This document shows, piece by piece, positions 1 to 11,070 of a DNA stretch of 59,077 nucleotides. Position 1 is the first letter of the stretch; each line of letters opens with the position of its first letter. The translations under genes and the position numbers were made by a program. The notes beneath the pieces were generated by a model. That model was given only the letters and a program-made list of their open reading frames with translations. It had not been told where the DNA came from and did not search any database. Source of the stretch: Patescibacteria group bacterium (GTDB lineage Bacteria > Patescibacteriota > Microgenomatia > 2-02-FULL-39-11); NCBI GenBank assembly GCA_023379265.1, contig JAMCUI010000020.1:1-59077 (forward strand), in the 5' to 3' direction.

Positions 1-1
1 T

Positions 2-859
2 TTCCACAAGAAGGTTAAGGCAGGGAAGGATGAAATAACTGCCGGAAGCCAAAAAATAAGCGTTTTCAGCTCGGATAATCCATCCGATATACCCTGGGAA
101 AAAGAGAAGATTGATATTGTTATAGACGCAACAGGAAAATTCAGGACAAGCCATGAGCTTGAAGGGCATTTGAAAGGGAGCGTAAAATATGCAGTTTTGT
201 CTGCTCCAGCAAAAGATGATACTAAGACACTAGTCATGGGCGTAAACCAGCAATTGTTTAATCCTACGACAGATAAAGTAATTTCCAATTCGTCTTGCAC
301 GACAAACTGCCTTTCAAATACGCTGAAAGTCATTGACGACAATTTTGCCGTAACTAGGGGTTTTATGACTACTGTCCACGCTATCACTGATTCGCAAAAT
401 CTTCTGGATAATTCCCACAAAAAAGAAGTAAGGCTGAGAAGATCAGCATTTGCATCGATGATACCCGCTTCCACAGGCTCAGCCAAAGATATTGGTAAAC
501 TTTTCCCTAGTCTGAAAGGTAAAATTATATGCCAAGCCATAAGATTACCACTTCTTACGGTCTCAATCATAAACCTGACTGTCCAGACAGAAAAGTCTTG
601 CGATATAGAGATGGTAAACAAAGCCTTTAGAGAAGCTTCCCAGAACGATTTGAAGGGGGTAGTTGAAGTTGCCGAAGAAGAATTGGTGTCAAGGGATTTT
701 ACAGGCAACAGCCATTCAGCCATAATTGACCCTTTTTTGACCAAAGTAAATGGAGGAAACCTGGTAAACGTATATGCCTGGTATGACAATGAATGGGGCT
801 ACACTACCCGATTAGTTGATATGGTGACATATGTCGGAAGAAAGGCCGGAATTATTTAG
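2..859 (+). CDS. gap: Type I glyceraldehyde-3-phosphate dehydrogenase (5' end outside window)
   Basis: Frame is open from position 2; catalytic SCTTNCL motif, STGSAK, and WYDNEWGY near the C-terminus; followed by pgk. Confidence 0.95.
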   Translation, partial: FHKKVKAGKDEITAGSQKISVFSSDNPSDIPWEKEKIDIVIDATGKFRTSHELEGHLKGSVKYAVLSAPAKDDTKTLVMGVNQQLFNPTTDKVISNSSCTTNCLSNTLKVIDDNFAVTRGFMTTVHAITDSQNLLDNSHKKEVRLRRSAFASMIPASTGSAKDIGKLFPSLKGKIICQAIRLPLLTVSIINLTVQTEKSCDIEMVNKAFREASQNDLKGVVEVAEEELVSRDFTGNSHSAIIDPFLTKVNGGNLVNVYAWYDNEWGYTTRLVDMVTYVGRKAGII

Positions 860-865
860 GAATAT

Positions 866-2044
866 ATGAGAAAAAAGACAGTCAGAGATATACCGCATCT
901 TGAAGGTAAAAGGGTCTTTATGACCGTGGATTTTAATATTTCCCTTGAAGACGGCAAGATCGCCAATGATACAAGAATTGTAGAAACTATCCCTACCATT
1001 AAATATCTTTTGGAACATAAGGCAAAAATTATTTTGGCATCTCATCTTGGCAGACCTCACGGTCCAGACCCTCACTTATCCCTTAGACCGGTAGCTAAAA
1101 GACTTCAGGATTTGACAGGGAAAAAAGTCCACCTTATAGACAGGTTCTGGGAAGAATCTTCACTACCGCGCATCCAAAAGATCAACTCCAACGATCTGAC
1201 CCTTCTTGAGAATATTAGGTTCTTTAAGGGTGAAGAGGATAATGATAAAGAGTTTGCCAAGCATCTTTCCAAAATGGCTGATTATTTTGTCAACGATGCT
1301 TTTGGCACATCTCACAGGGTACATGCTTCAATAGTGGGTATCACCCAATACCTGCCCTCCTATGCCGGTTTTCTGATGGATAAAGAAATCTGTAAGATTT
1401 CAAAAGCGCTTGACAACCCAAAAAGGCCATTTCTCCTCCTTATAGGCGGCGCCAAAACACCAGAGAAAATTTCCGTTATCGAAAAACTTCTTGACAAAGC
1501 CGATACTGTAGCTCTTGGTGGAGCAATTGCCAATACATTTTTGGCGGCATGGGGATTTGGCATGGGCAGATCCCTTGTAGACTATGAGATGGTGGAAATG
1601 GCTAGGGTAGTATTTTGGAAAACAACCCATAAACATTCTGCCCTCATTTTGCCTGCAGACGTAGTCGTATCAGACAATGAAAGGAAAAAGAGACCGATGG
1701 TCGTGGAATACAATAAGGTACCGCATAATGTTGTCATTTACGACATTGGCCCTAAAGCGCAAAAATATTACCAGAAACTGATAAATCAGGCAAAAACCAT
1801 TATATGGAACGGTCCCATGGGACTCTATGAGGACCCCAGGTTTATGAAAGGGACCGATTTGGTTTTACAGACAATTAGCCGCAGCAAAGCTTTTTCCATA
1901 GTGGGAGGAGGAGACACGCTCACTAGTATTAAAAACCGTAAATACCTCAAAGGCATATCCCACATATCTTCAGGGGGGAGTGCCATGTTGGCTTTTCTGG
2001 AAAAAGGAACATTACCTGGAATAGAAGTGCTGAAAGATGCTTGA
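866..2044 (+). CDS. pgk: Phosphoglycerate kinase
   Basis: VDFN, SHLGRP, LLENIRF, VNDAFGTSHR, WNGPMG, GGGDT and SGGSAMLAFLE motifs. Confidence 0.97.
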   Translation: MRKKTVRDIPHLEGKRVFMTVDFNISLEDGKIANDTRIVETIPTIKYLLEHKAKIILASHLGRPHGPDPHLSLRPVAKRLQDLTGKKVHLIDRFWEESSLPRIQKINSNDLTLLENIRFFKGEEDNDKEFAKHLSKMADYFVNDAFGTSHRVHASIVGITQYLPSYAGFLMDKEICKISKALDNPKRPFLLLIGGAKTPEKISVIEKLLDKADTVALGGAIANTFLAAWGFGMGRSLVDYEMVEMARVVFWKTTHKHSALILPADVVVSDNERKKRPMVVEYNKVPHNVVIYDIGPKAQKYYQKLINQAKTIIWNGPMGLYEDPRFMKGTDLVLQTISRSKAFSIVGGGDTLTSIKNRKYLKGISHISSGGSAMLAFLEKGTLPGIEVLKDA

Positions 2045-2062
2045 AATTTAGCTTTGAATGCA

Positions 2063-2686
2063 TCAGGAATATTTTCTATAGACAGCTATCACTCTTCCCT
2101 GAATCTTGACGTGAGTAGTGAAAATGGGAGACATTGTGGAATTTGCCGGTTCCAGTCTTATCCTGTCTTTTTCAAACTTGATTCTTTTCAAAGTTGCCAG
2201 ACCGTTTGGCAAAACCGCAACTACTATATCACCGCTTTGGGCCTCCTGTTGATGCTGAACTACAACAAAATCCCCATCAAGTATGCCTTCCTCAATCATA
2301 GAGCTTCCTTTTACCTGTAATATATAGCCTGGTTTTTTTCCATTTAGCATATTGGCCGGTACCGGCATATAAAAATTGGGGTCGGTATGCGGTTCAAGAG
2401 GAGCCCCTGCGGCGATGTATCCCAATACAGGAAGTTCCACCGCTGTTTCGTTTTCATTCGCGTGGACCTTATTCTCAACAAGTTCTATTCCCCTTTCAAA
2501 ACCGGCAGTCTTTTTTATATACCCTTTTTGGACAAGCCTCTCCAAATGCTCGTGTACTGTAGATACCGCACTAACTCCCATACTCTCTGCTATCTCTATA
2601 AGGGTCGGTGCATAGCCGTGCCTTTGTATATATTGTGTAATAAATTCTAGTACTTGCCTTTCTTTGCTATATAGTACGGGTGCCAT
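2063..2686 (-). CDS. lexA: SOS repressor LexA
   Basis: N-terminal winged HTH (GYAPTLIEIAE), IAAG cleavage site, catalytic Ser (GSSM) and Lys (ATLKR); divergent from uvrB. Confidence 0.95.
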   Translation of the reverse strand: MAPVLYSKERQVLEFITQYIQRHGYAPTLIEIAESMGVSAVSTVHEHLERLVQKGYIKKTAGFERGIELVENKVHANENETAVELPVLGYIAAGAPLEPHTDPNFYMPVPANMLNGKKPGYILQVKGSSMIEEGILDGDFVVVQHQQEAQSGDIVVAVLPNGLATLKRIKFEKDRIRLEPANSTMSPIFTTHVKIQGRVIAVYRKYS

Positions 2687-2843
2687 AATGATTTATGATA
2701 AATAACCGAATTTTGATGTCTTGAAAATAATTATATAAGCCTGATATACTTAAAATAATCCAAAAAAAACCGAATGTCAATACATCGAAACTGTGTTAAA
2801 ATATGTCACTATTGAAAATAGAACCATAAGCAGTTTGAAAGAT

Positions 2844-2968
2844 TTACTATGGAATTTAAGCTGCATTCGTCATTCAGACCGACAGGGGACCAACCAGCAC
2901 GTTAGTTTTACTAAATTACTATGGAATTTAAGCTGCATTCGTCATTCAGACCGACAGGGGACCAACCA
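2844..2968 (+). repeat. Direct duplication (53 bp, 72-bp period) of the uvrB start region
   Basis: ttactATGgaattt...caacca occurs at 2844-2896 and 2916-2968; the first copy reads [18 protein letters not shown] (2849-2905). Confidence 0.9.
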
Positions 2969-5038
2969 AGTGCCATTGAAAAACTTACCAAAGGAATTGG
3001 TTCCGGTTTGAAAAATCAGGTACTTCTCGGAGTCACGGGAAGCGGGAAAACGTACACCATGGCAAATATCATAAAGCGCCTCCAAAGGCCCGCCCTTATT
3101 ATTTCTCATAATAAGACCCTTGCGGCCCAGCTCTATCAGGAATTCCGTGATTTTTTCCCTGAGAATGCAGTCAGCTACTTTGTTTCCTATTACGACTTTT
3201 ATCAGCCGGAGGCGTATATTCCCCAATCCGATACTTATATCGAGAAGGAGACTGAGATAAACGAGGAAATAGACAAGCTTCGTCTTGCTGCTACAACCAA
3301 CCTTCTTACCCGCCGTGATACCATAATAGTAGCCTCGGTTTCATGTATCTACAATATTGGATCTCCGGCTCAGTACCGCAATTTTGTGCTGAAACTCGCT
3401 GTCGGCATGAAAATAGACAGAAAATCACTTTATGACAATCTGGTTGATTTGCAATATGAGAAATCAAATTTTGATTTCAAAAGGGGAACTTTTCGTACAC
3501 GAGGCGATAATATCGATATCTATCCTGCCTATGAGGATACTGCAGTCAGGATAACTGCCAGCGGTGACATAATAGACACTATTTCCGTAATTGACGCGTT
3601 AAACGGAAAAATGATTTCCTCAAAAAAGGAGGAATTTATCTATCCCGCCAAACATTACATCACTGACACACATAAGTATACTGATATATTTGCACAAATC
3701 CGTGACGAGCTAGACAAAAGAGTCAATGAGCTTAAAAAGCACAATAAAATTATAGAAGCCTATAGACTGGCCAAAAGAGTAAATTTCGACCTGGAGATGA
3801 TAAATGAGGTCGGCTATATAAACGGTATTGAAAATTATTCCCGTTATTTTGACGGTAGGAAAGCCGGAGATCCGCCATACAGCCTTCTTGACTACTTCAG
3901 TGAACCATACGGAAAAGATTGGCTGCTGTTTATTGATGAGTCACATATGACGCTTCCCCAGATAAGGGGTATGTATAACGGAGACCGGTCCAGGAAACAG
4001 ACACTTATTGACTTTGGTTTCAGGTTGCCGTCAGCACTTGACAACAGGCCTCTTACTTATGAGGAGTTCTACAGGAGAATAAGCCAAGCCGTATATGTAT
4101 CGGCTACCCCGAATGAATATGAGCTATCCCTGGCAAGAGAGGATGCAAAAAGTCACAACTTTACTCCTCAGGAAGGCATCACAGAACAACTTATAAGGCC
4201 TACTGGTATTTGTGACCCGCAAATTATTATCCGCCCCACAAATGGCCAAATAAAAGATTTGGTCAAAGAGATCCTTTCGCGTAAACAAAGGAAAGAAAGG
4301 GTTCTTGTAACCACATTGACCAAGAGGATGGCGGAGGATTTGTCTTCTTACCTGCAGGATAAGTCATACATCGATAAATTATTGGGAGGCTCAATTTCTT
4401 CAAATCTTCTTCCAAATGTACATTATCTTCATTCTGATATACAGACTTTAGAAAGAAGCGACATACTCGATGAGCTCAGGAGTGGAAAATATGACGTACT
4501 TGTCGGTATAAATCTGCTCCGCGAGGGTCTGGATTTGCCTGAAGTATCTCTTGTAGCCATACTAGATGCAGACAAAGAAGGCTTTTTACGCAGTGATACG
4601 TCACTTGTCCAGACTATGGGTAGAGCCGCCAGACACATTGCGGGAACTGTTATCATGTATGCCGACAATAAAACAGGTTCCATGGCAAGGGCAATCTCAG
4701 AAATTGACAGGAGGAGGCAGGTTCAATTTGATTACAATAAGAGGTATAATATAACACCCCGTAATGTAGAAAAACCCATTAGGGAAAAACTTATTGAGAA
4801 GGAAGAGCTTGACGAAACTCTGGAACTTGTGAGATCACTTGATAGCCGGAAAAGGATGCAATACAGGGAGCTTATGAACATGGATTTTGATGATTTGACT
4901 CCACGTGATCGCACAAAGCTTATTAGGAAAATGGAAACGGAAATGAAACAGGCGGCAGGCGAACTGAATTTTGAATTGGCAGCAGAGATCCGCGATAAAA
5001 TCAAAGAATACAAATATGATTCAAAAGACTCAGGATAA
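2921..5038 (+). CDS. uvrB: Excinuclease ABC subunit B
   Basis: [38 protein letters not shown] and a C-terminal UVR domain. Confidence 0.98.
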   Translation: MEFKLHSSFRPTGDQPSAIEKLTKGIGSGLKNQVLLGVTGSGKTYTMANIIKRLQRPALIISHNKTLAAQLYQEFRDFFPENAVSYFVSYYDFYQPEAYIPQSDTYIEKETEINEEIDKLRLAATTNLLTRRDTIIVASVSCIYNIGSPAQYRNFVLKLAVGMKIDRKSLYDNLVDLQYEKSNFDFKRGTFRTRGDNIDIYPAYEDTAVRITASGDIIDTISVIDALNGKMISSKKEEFIYPAKHYITDTHKYTDIFAQIRDELDKRVNELKKHNKIIEAYRLAKRVNFDLEMINEVGYINGIENYSRYFDGRKAGDPPYSLLDYFSEPYGKDWLLFIDESHMTLPQIRGMYNGDRSRKQTLIDFGFRLPSALDNRPLTYEEFYRRISQAVYVSATPNEYELSLAREDAKSHNFTPQEGITEQLIRPTGICDPQIIIRPTNGQIKDLVKEILSRKQRKERVLVTTLTKRMAEDLSSYLQDKSYIDKLLGGSISSNLLPNVHYLHSDIQTLERSDILDELRSGKYDVLVGINLLREGLDLPEVSLVAILDADKEGFLRSDTSLVQTMGRAARHIAGTVIMYADNKTGSMARAISEIDRRRQVQFDYNKRYNITPRNVEKPIREKLIEKEELDETLELVRSLDSRKRMQYRELMNMDFDDLTPRDRTKLIRKMETEMKQAAGELNFELAAEIRDKIKEYKYDSKDSG

Positions 5039-7946
5039 AATTATTATTAGAGGAGCACGTGAACACAACCTTAAAAATATCAGTCTGGAACTTCCCAAAT
5101 ACAAACTGATTGTTTTTACTGGAGTATCCGGTAGCGGAAAATCCTCACTTGCTTTTGATACAATTTATGCTGAAGGACAAAGAAGATATGTGGAAAGTCT
5201 GTCTTCTTATGCCAGGCAGTTCTTGGGCGTAATGGATAAACCGGATGTGGATGCCATAGACGGTTTGTCACCAGCCATTTCCATAGACCAGAAATCCACT
5301 TCCCATAACCCCAGGTCTACAGTGGGGACGGTTACGGAAATTTATGATTATCTTAGGCTACTTTTTGCAAGAGTAGGCCGTCCACACTGTCCAAACTGCG
5401 GCAGGGAAATAGTACGGCAAACATCAGACCAAATAGTTGAAAAATTATTTCAGATTTCAGAAAATAGTGGAAAATTGGGAAAGAGGCCTGAGCGTTTTCT
5501 TATACTTTCTCCAGTAGTTAGGGATAGAAAAGGGGAATTTTCCCATCTTTTAGACAATCTCAAATCTAAAGGTTTTACAAAAGTACGTATAGATGGAACT
5601 ATCTTCTCCCTTGACGAAGACCTAGTTCTTATTAAAACAAACAAACATTCCATAGATGTTGTAGTTGATAGAATAACTTTTGATAAAAATAAATTAAAGA
5701 ATAAGGAAGATAAGCAAAGTTTGCGTTCAAGACTTATTGAATCCACTGAGACGGCTACATCACTTTCTGAAGGATTAGTCATATATTCGGCTGTCAATGA
5801 TGCAGACTTCACATTTCCCGACAAGCCCAAAAAACTTTCAGACCAGCTTTATTCCGAAAAGTTTTCCTGTCCGGTATGCAATATCTCCCTGCCTGAAATT
5901 GAACCGCGTATCTTCTCGTTTAATTCTCCCCACGGCGCTTGTCCTAAATGTAGCGGACTGGGTAATCTACTCAGGATTGACCCGAAACTGGTCATAAACC
6001 CCAATCTTTCCATAAGCGAAGGGGGAATCTTACCCTTTGCCAGAATGATCTTGGGCGATACCTGGTTTGGCAGAATTTTGACTACTGTGGCCCAAAAAAT
6101 AGGCATTAAAATAGATCGGCCACTAAAGGAAGCCACAGACAAAAAACTGGAACTGCTTCTTTTTGGCACTGGAGAAGAAATACATGAAATCCAGGGAGAA
6201 AACCGGTACGGTCGGGAAGTGACCATATATGAAGAATTTGCAGGAGTGGTGCCGGAATTGGAAAAGAGATTCTCATCTACTGAATCAGAGTATGTCAGAA
6301 ATGAAATCGGAAAATACCTCAGGGAAGAGATTTGCCCACTTTGTGCCGGGAAAAGACTGAAAAAGGAAGCCTTATCGGTGACAATAGACGAAAAATCAAT
6401 TGTTGACGTTACAACCCTCTCCATAAAGCAGATGAGTGACTGGATACACAAAATTCAGCTTTCGTTGTCCAACCGGGAGAAAACAATAGGTTCTCTCATA
6501 ATAAAGGAAATACAAAACAGGTTATCTTTTCTCATTTCTGTCGGGTTGGACTACCTGACTCTTGAACGAAGCGCCAATACGCTTGCAGGCGGTGAAGCGC
6601 AAAGGATAAGGCTTGCCTCTCAGATCGGCTCAGGGCTTTCCGGAGTGCTTTATGTTTTGGATGAACCGTCCATAGGGCTCCATCCCCGCGATAATTTTCG
6701 TCTTATCACCACGCTTAAAAAATTGAGAGATTTGGGAAATACCGTCATCGTAGTCGAACACGATAGGGAAATGATGCACAATGCAGACCTTATAGTGGAT
6801 TTTGGCCCGGCAGCCGGTAAGCATGGCGGCAACGTAATCGCCAGCGGGACAACCGAACAGATAATAAAGGACAAAAATTCACTGACAGGACTATATTTAT
6901 CCGGCAAAAGGAAAATTGTCCAATCTTCAAGTGAAAACGGCAATATTGTCAGTGCAAAACATCTTACAATAAGAAAATGCCAGGAAAACAACCTGAAAGA
7001 TATAGACGTCACTTTTCCCTTAGGCAAACTGATATGCATCACTGGGGTTTCAGGAAGCGGGAAATCGACTCTTATAGTTGATACACTTTATCATGCTTTA
7101 GCAAGCCGGTTCAATCCTTATCACAAGGAAAAAGGAGGCCTTTATTATTCACTGGAAGGTGAGAATCAGCTAAAAAGAGTCATCCTTATTGATCAATCAC
7201 CCATCGGCAGGACTCCGCGCAGCAATCCCGCTACTTATACAGGCGCTTTTACGTTTATTAGGGATCTTTTTTCCCAGACTCCGGATGCCAAGGCGCGCGG
7301 TTTTAAGGCAGGAAGGTTTTCCTTTAATGTCAAAGGCGGCAGGTGTGAGGCATGTGAGGGTGAAGGCCAAACAAAAATAGAAATGCAGTTTCTACCAGAT
7401 GTCTATGTCAGTTGTGAAGTTTGCCGCGGTACGCGCTTTAACTCGGAGACTCTTGAAGTTCTTTTTAAGAATAAGAGCATATCTGACGTGTTAAACATGA
7501 CAGTTGAAGAAGCTGCAAACTTTTTTGCCAATATACCGGGCCTATCGGGAAAACTTGAGACACTAAAGGATGTAGGTTTGTCCTATATACAGCTTGGTCA
7601 ACCCGCACCCCAACTTTCAGGTGGGGAGGCGCAAAGAGTCAAACTGGCAACAGAGCTGTCCAAAAAAGGCTCAAACGACATATTATACATATTGGATGAA
7701 CCCACCACAGGCCTGCACTTTGCGGACCTGGAAAAACTTCTTTATGTGCTGCGTCAACTTGTGAAAATGGGCAACACCGTGATTGTCATAGAACACAATC
7801 TCGATATTATAAAAAATGCTGATTGGATAATAGATCTGGGGCCGGAAGGAGGAGAAGCTGGAGGAAAGGTTATTGGTACTGGATCAGTAAAAGATATTAT
7901 AAATAATCCGGCTTCATATACGGGAAAATCCCTTCAGCATGAATAA
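5016..7946 (+). CDS. uvrA: Excinuclease ABC subunit A
   Basis: GAREHNLK, two GVSGSGKS Walker A motifs, CxxC zinc fingers, LSGGEAQR; ATG at 5016 preferred over TTG at 4971. Confidence 0.97.
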   Translation: MIQKTQDKIIIRGAREHNLKNISLELPKYKLIVFTGVSGSGKSSLAFDTIYAEGQRRYVESLSSYARQFLGVMDKPDVDAIDGLSPAISIDQKSTSHNPRSTVGTVTEIYDYLRLLFARVGRPHCPNCGREIVRQTSDQIVEKLFQISENSGKLGKRPERFLILSPVVRDRKGEFSHLLDNLKSKGFTKVRIDGTIFSLDEDLVLIKTNKHSIDVVVDRITFDKNKLKNKEDKQSLRSRLIESTETATSLSEGLVIYSAVNDADFTFPDKPKKLSDQLYSEKFSCPVCNISLPEIEPRIFSFNSPHGACPKCSGLGNLLRIDPKLVINPNLSISEGGILPFARMILGDTWFGRILTTVAQKIGIKIDRPLKEATDKKLELLLFGTGEEIHEIQGENRYGREVTIYEEFAGVVPELEKRFSSTESEYVRNEIGKYLREEICPLCAGKRLKKEALSVTIDEKSIVDVTTLSIKQMSDWIHKIQLSLSNREKTIGSLIIKEIQNRLSFLISVGLDYLTLERSANTLAGGEAQRIRLASQIGSGLSGVLYVLDEPSIGLHPRDNFRLITTLKKLRDLGNTVIVVEHDREMMHNADLIVDFGPAAGKHGGNVIASGTTEQIIKDKNSLTGLYLSGKRKIVQSSSENGNIVSAKHLTIRKCQENNLKDIDVTFPLGKLICITGVSGSGKSTLIVDTLYHALASRFNPYHKEKGGLYYSLEGENQLKRVILIDQSPIGRTPRSNPATYTGAFTFIRDLFSQTPDAKARGFKAGRFSFNVKGGRCEACEGEGQTKIEMQFLPDVYVSCEVCRGTRFNSETLEVLFKNKSISDVLNMTVEEAANFFANIPGLSGKLETLKDVGLSYIQLGQPAPQLSGGEAQRVKLATELSKKGSNDILYILDEPTTGLHFADLEKLLYVLRQLVKMGNTVIVIEHNLDIIKNADWIIDLGPEGGEAGGKVIGTGSVKDIINNPASYTGKSLQHE

Positions 7947-9324
7947 AAATAATACCGGGAACGCTCAGACCTCTCCACCTCATATAAAGGAATTATCCTA
8001 TATCACAGTAAAAGCCGTTTCTTTTATCCCGAAAAATATAAACAAACTGCCGGAAATACCCGGTGTCTACCGGTATTTGGATACCAATGGTGGAATAATT
8101 TATATCGGTAAGGCTATAAATTTGAAAAGAAGGGTCTCTTCTTATTTCCAGAAGCAAACCAAAGACGCCAAAACGGAAAATCTGGTCAGGAACATACATA
8201 AAATAGAGATTATTCCCGTCAGGTATGAATTTGAGGCTCTTCTTCTTGAGGCAAATCTCATCAGAATTTATAAACCGAAATACAACGTCATCTGGAAGGA
8301 TGACAAACACTATATCTATATCCAGATCACAATGGAAGAGTTCCCGCGATTGATTTTGACAAGGAGAAAAGAAGACGGAAGATCTTTTTTTTCTGGTCCT
8401 TTTCCCTCATCCCGCATTGCCAGGGAAATTCTCGCAAATATCAGAAGGATCATACCATATTGCACACAGAGCCCGAACCGAAAAAGATCTTGTTTTTACA
8501 CGTATCTTGGTTTATGCAATCCATGCCCAGCTGTCATCAAAAAACTCGAACAAAAGGAGTACGCAAGACAAAAAAAAATTTACCTCCGAAACATCAGTCG
8601 TATCAAAAATCTCCTGTCGGGTGACTTTGAACCTTTATCCCGCTATTTATTGGCAAAAATGCAGCATCTCTCCAGTGAAAATAAGTTTGAAGAAGCGGCC
8701 ACGTATCGTGACAAATTAAAGCATCTCAACTATCTCTTGAATATAAATATTACCAATGAATATATGGCTGATCCCAGATATATAAGCCATGTCTTCAAAT
8801 TGGAGAAGGATGAGCTACTGTGGATACTAAAAGAACACTATCCGTCTTTGACCCGTATCGAAAGAATCGAATGTTATGACATAAGTAATACTTCAGGTAC
8901 ATTTGCCACCGGCTCAATGATATCTTTTAAGCATAATTTACCGGACAAGTCCTACTACAGACGTTTCCGCATAAGAATTCACAATAAAATAGACGATTTT
9001 GGTATGTTAAAGGAGATGCTTGAGAGGAGACTGAAACATAGGGAATGGAAGTTGCCTGATCTTATGGTTGTAGACGGCGGAAAACCACAACTTAGAATTT
9101 TTAACAAAGTCCTAGCAAATTTTACTCTCAATGTCCCTGCGATCGGGTTAGCCAAGCAAAATGAGGAAATCGTCGTCTGCGCAAACGGCAATTATTTTAA
9201 GGTTATTCTGCCCAGACGGTCAAATGCCCTGCACCTGGTCCAAAGAGTCAGGGATGAAGCTCACAGGTTTGCGCACAAATACCACGAACTTTTGCGACTT
9301 AAAAACATGGTATCAAACGAATAA
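7939..9324 (+). CDS. uvrC: Excinuclease ABC subunit C (short form, no obvious C-terminal HhH)
   Basis: GIY-YIG domain (PGVY...YIGKA), UVR motif, RIECYDISN, VDGGKPQL, RDEAHRFA. Confidence 0.93.
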   Translation: MNKNNTGNAQTSPPHIKELSYITVKAVSFIPKNINKLPEIPGVYRYLDTNGGIIYIGKAINLKRRVSSYFQKQTKDAKTENLVRNIHKIEIIPVRYEFEALLLEANLIRIYKPKYNVIWKDDKHYIYIQITMEEFPRLILTRRKEDGRSFFSGPFPSSRIAREILANIRRIIPYCTQSPNRKRSCFYTYLGLCNPCPAVIKKLEQKEYARQKKIYLRNISRIKNLLSGDFEPLSRYLLAKMQHLSSENKFEEAATYRDKLKHLNYLLNINITNEYMADPRYISHVFKLEKDELLWILKEHYPSLTRIERIECYDISNTSGTFATGSMISFKHNLPDKSYYRRFRIRIHNKIDDFGMLKEMLERRLKHREWKLPDLMVVDGGKPQLRIFNKVLANFTLNVPAIGLAKQNEEIVVCANGNYFKVILPRRSNALHLVQRVRDEAHRFAHKYHELLRLKNMVSNE

Positions 9325-9382
9325 ATTGCATTGAAAAAGAAGAAATGTTACTCTGAATAAACTGCAAAATAAGACGGTTGAT

Positions 9383-9784
9383 ATGAAATTTATATTAAGA
9401 AAGTATTTTACTATCACTCTCTCAGTTTTTAGCCTTACTCAGATAATCTATTCTATTTCAATTTCGGGAGGCTGGAAAAGTTTTCTTTATTCCTGCCTTA
9501 TACTCACGATACTTGTCTATATAGGAAAACCGGTTGCCAACCTTATCATGTTACCAATCAATATTTTGACTTTGAACCTTTTTTCATGGATAATAAACAT
9601 CCTGATATTTTATATCTGGACTCTATTAGAAACAAATGTTCGGATATCATCATTTCAATCATCAGGATTTTTAGTCGGTCCGTTGCGGATTTCCGCCTTT
9701 GGGTTGGCAAACTGGCAGGTGATAATTGTGGGAGGGATACTTCTGACATTTCTTACCCAATTTTTCAATTGGATTATGAAATAA
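9383..9784 (+). CDS. Four-TM membrane protein, YvlD / phage-holin superfamily IV-like
   Basis: Hydrophobic protein with KP...LPINILTLNLFSWIIN, typical of that family; position next to uvrC/yvcK. Confidence 0.7.
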   Translation: MKFILRKYFTITLSVFSLTQIIYSISISGGWKSFLYSCLILTILVYIGKPVANLIMLPINILTLNLFSWIINILIFYIWTLLETNVRISSFQSSGFLVGPLRISAFGLANWQVIIVGGILLTFLTQFFNWIMK

Positions 9785-9809
9785 ACTGTAGTTGTTCTGT
9801 TTCATACAC

Positions 9810-10823
9810 ATGAAGAAAGAAAACGCTATAAGTAACAAAAAATTTGTCGTCATCGGAGGGGGAACCGGAACTTTTAGCGTGCTATCAGGACTGAAGAAAT
9901 ATACAGATCACATTACCGCCATAGTTACCATGGCGGATTCAGGCGGAAGCGCAAAGAAAGAGAGGGATGAATGGGGTCTTTTACCAAGCAGCGATGTGAG
10001 AAAGTCGCTTATTGCCTTGAGTAACGGATCCTCAGGCGATTCACTTCTTTTAAGAAAACTTTTCCAGTACCGTTATAGTGAGGGAAGAGGCATACGAGGT
10101 ATGAGCTTTGGTAATCTTTTTCTGGTCGCGCTAACCAAACTTTTGGGTTCGCAGGAAAAAGCAATTGAAAAGGCAGGAGACATTTTGAAAATTAGGGGCA
10201 GGGTGCTGCCAGTTTCTTTTGACAAAGTGGATTTGGTAGCCAAATATGAAAACGGGTCCACAGTTGTCGGCGAACACTTCATAGATGATCCCAAGGACAA
10301 CGGTAAAGTAAAAATTACGCAGTTGGCTACTAAGCCGCGTACCAAAATTACAAATGAGGCAAAAAAGGCAATTCTGGAAAGCGATGTGATAATTATTGGA
10401 CCGGGAGGTTTTTACACTACAATCTTGGCTAATTTTGCCGTTTCAGGGGTAAAAGAGGCTATCATGCAAAGCAGGTCCCAAAAAATATTCATACTGAACC
10501 TTATGACTGAATACGGACAGACATATGAGTTTTCTGCTTCCACTTTTATTAAGGAACTGGATAAATATTTACCTGTTACGTCATTGGACTTTGTATTTGC
10601 CAACAATGCGCATATTCCCGACGACGTACTGAAGAAATACAGAAAATATCACGCAATTCCTGTATTAAATGACCTCCCCAAAAAAATCCCTTTTAAGCTT
10701 GTGAGCGCCGATCTCCTTTCTTCGCAAAAAATTGCTATGGAAAAAGGTGACACTCTCAAAAGAAGCCTCATACGCCACGACCCCGAAAAAATAGTCTCGT
10801 TATGTATAAAACTCTTAACTTAA
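9810..10823 (+). CDS. yvcK: YvcK/GlmR (CofD/UPF0052 family) UDP-GlcNAc-binding protein
   Basis: VVIGGGTG, IVTMADSGGS, IIIGPG and C-terminal IRHDPEK motifs. Confidence 0.88.
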   Translation: MKKENAISNKKFVVIGGGTGTFSVLSGLKKYTDHITAIVTMADSGGSAKKERDEWGLLPSSDVRKSLIALSNGSSGDSLLLRKLFQYRYSEGRGIRGMSFGNLFLVALTKLLGSQEKAIEKAGDILKIRGRVLPVSFDKVDLVAKYENGSTVVGEHFIDDPKDNGKVKITQLATKPRTKITNEAKKAILESDVIIIGPGGFYTTILANFAVSGVKEAIMQSRSQKIFILNLMTEYGQTYEFSASTFIKELDKYLPVTSLDFVFANNAHIPDDVLKKYRKYHAIPVLNDLPKKIPFKLVSADLLSSQKIAMEKGDTLKRSLIRHDPEKIVSLCIKLLT

Positions 10824-10836
10824 AATGTGTTAAAAT

Positions 10837-11061
10837 ATGCAAATGAGTAACGTCATTATCATACTTCAGATAATAATCTCGGTATCGCTTAGCACCCTTA
10901 TCATTTTGCAGTCAAAAGGAGTCGGGTTGGGAAGAGCCTGGGGTGGCGGTGGAGGCTTTTACAAAAGCAGGCGTGGAGTAGAAAAAATTATTTTTAATCT
11001 CACGATAGTACTGGCTGCGTTATTTCTTATCACTTCAATTTTATCGCTACTTTATACCTGA
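10837..11061 (+). CDS. secG: Preprotein translocase subunit SecG
   Basis: Two TM helices, LQSKGVGLGRAWGGG loop, RRGVEK. Confidence 0.9.
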   Translation: MQMSNVIIILQIIISVSLSTLIILQSKGVGLGRAWGGGGGFYKSRRGVEKIIFNLTIVLAALFLITSILSLLYT

Positions 11062-11070
11062 GTATAAAAA

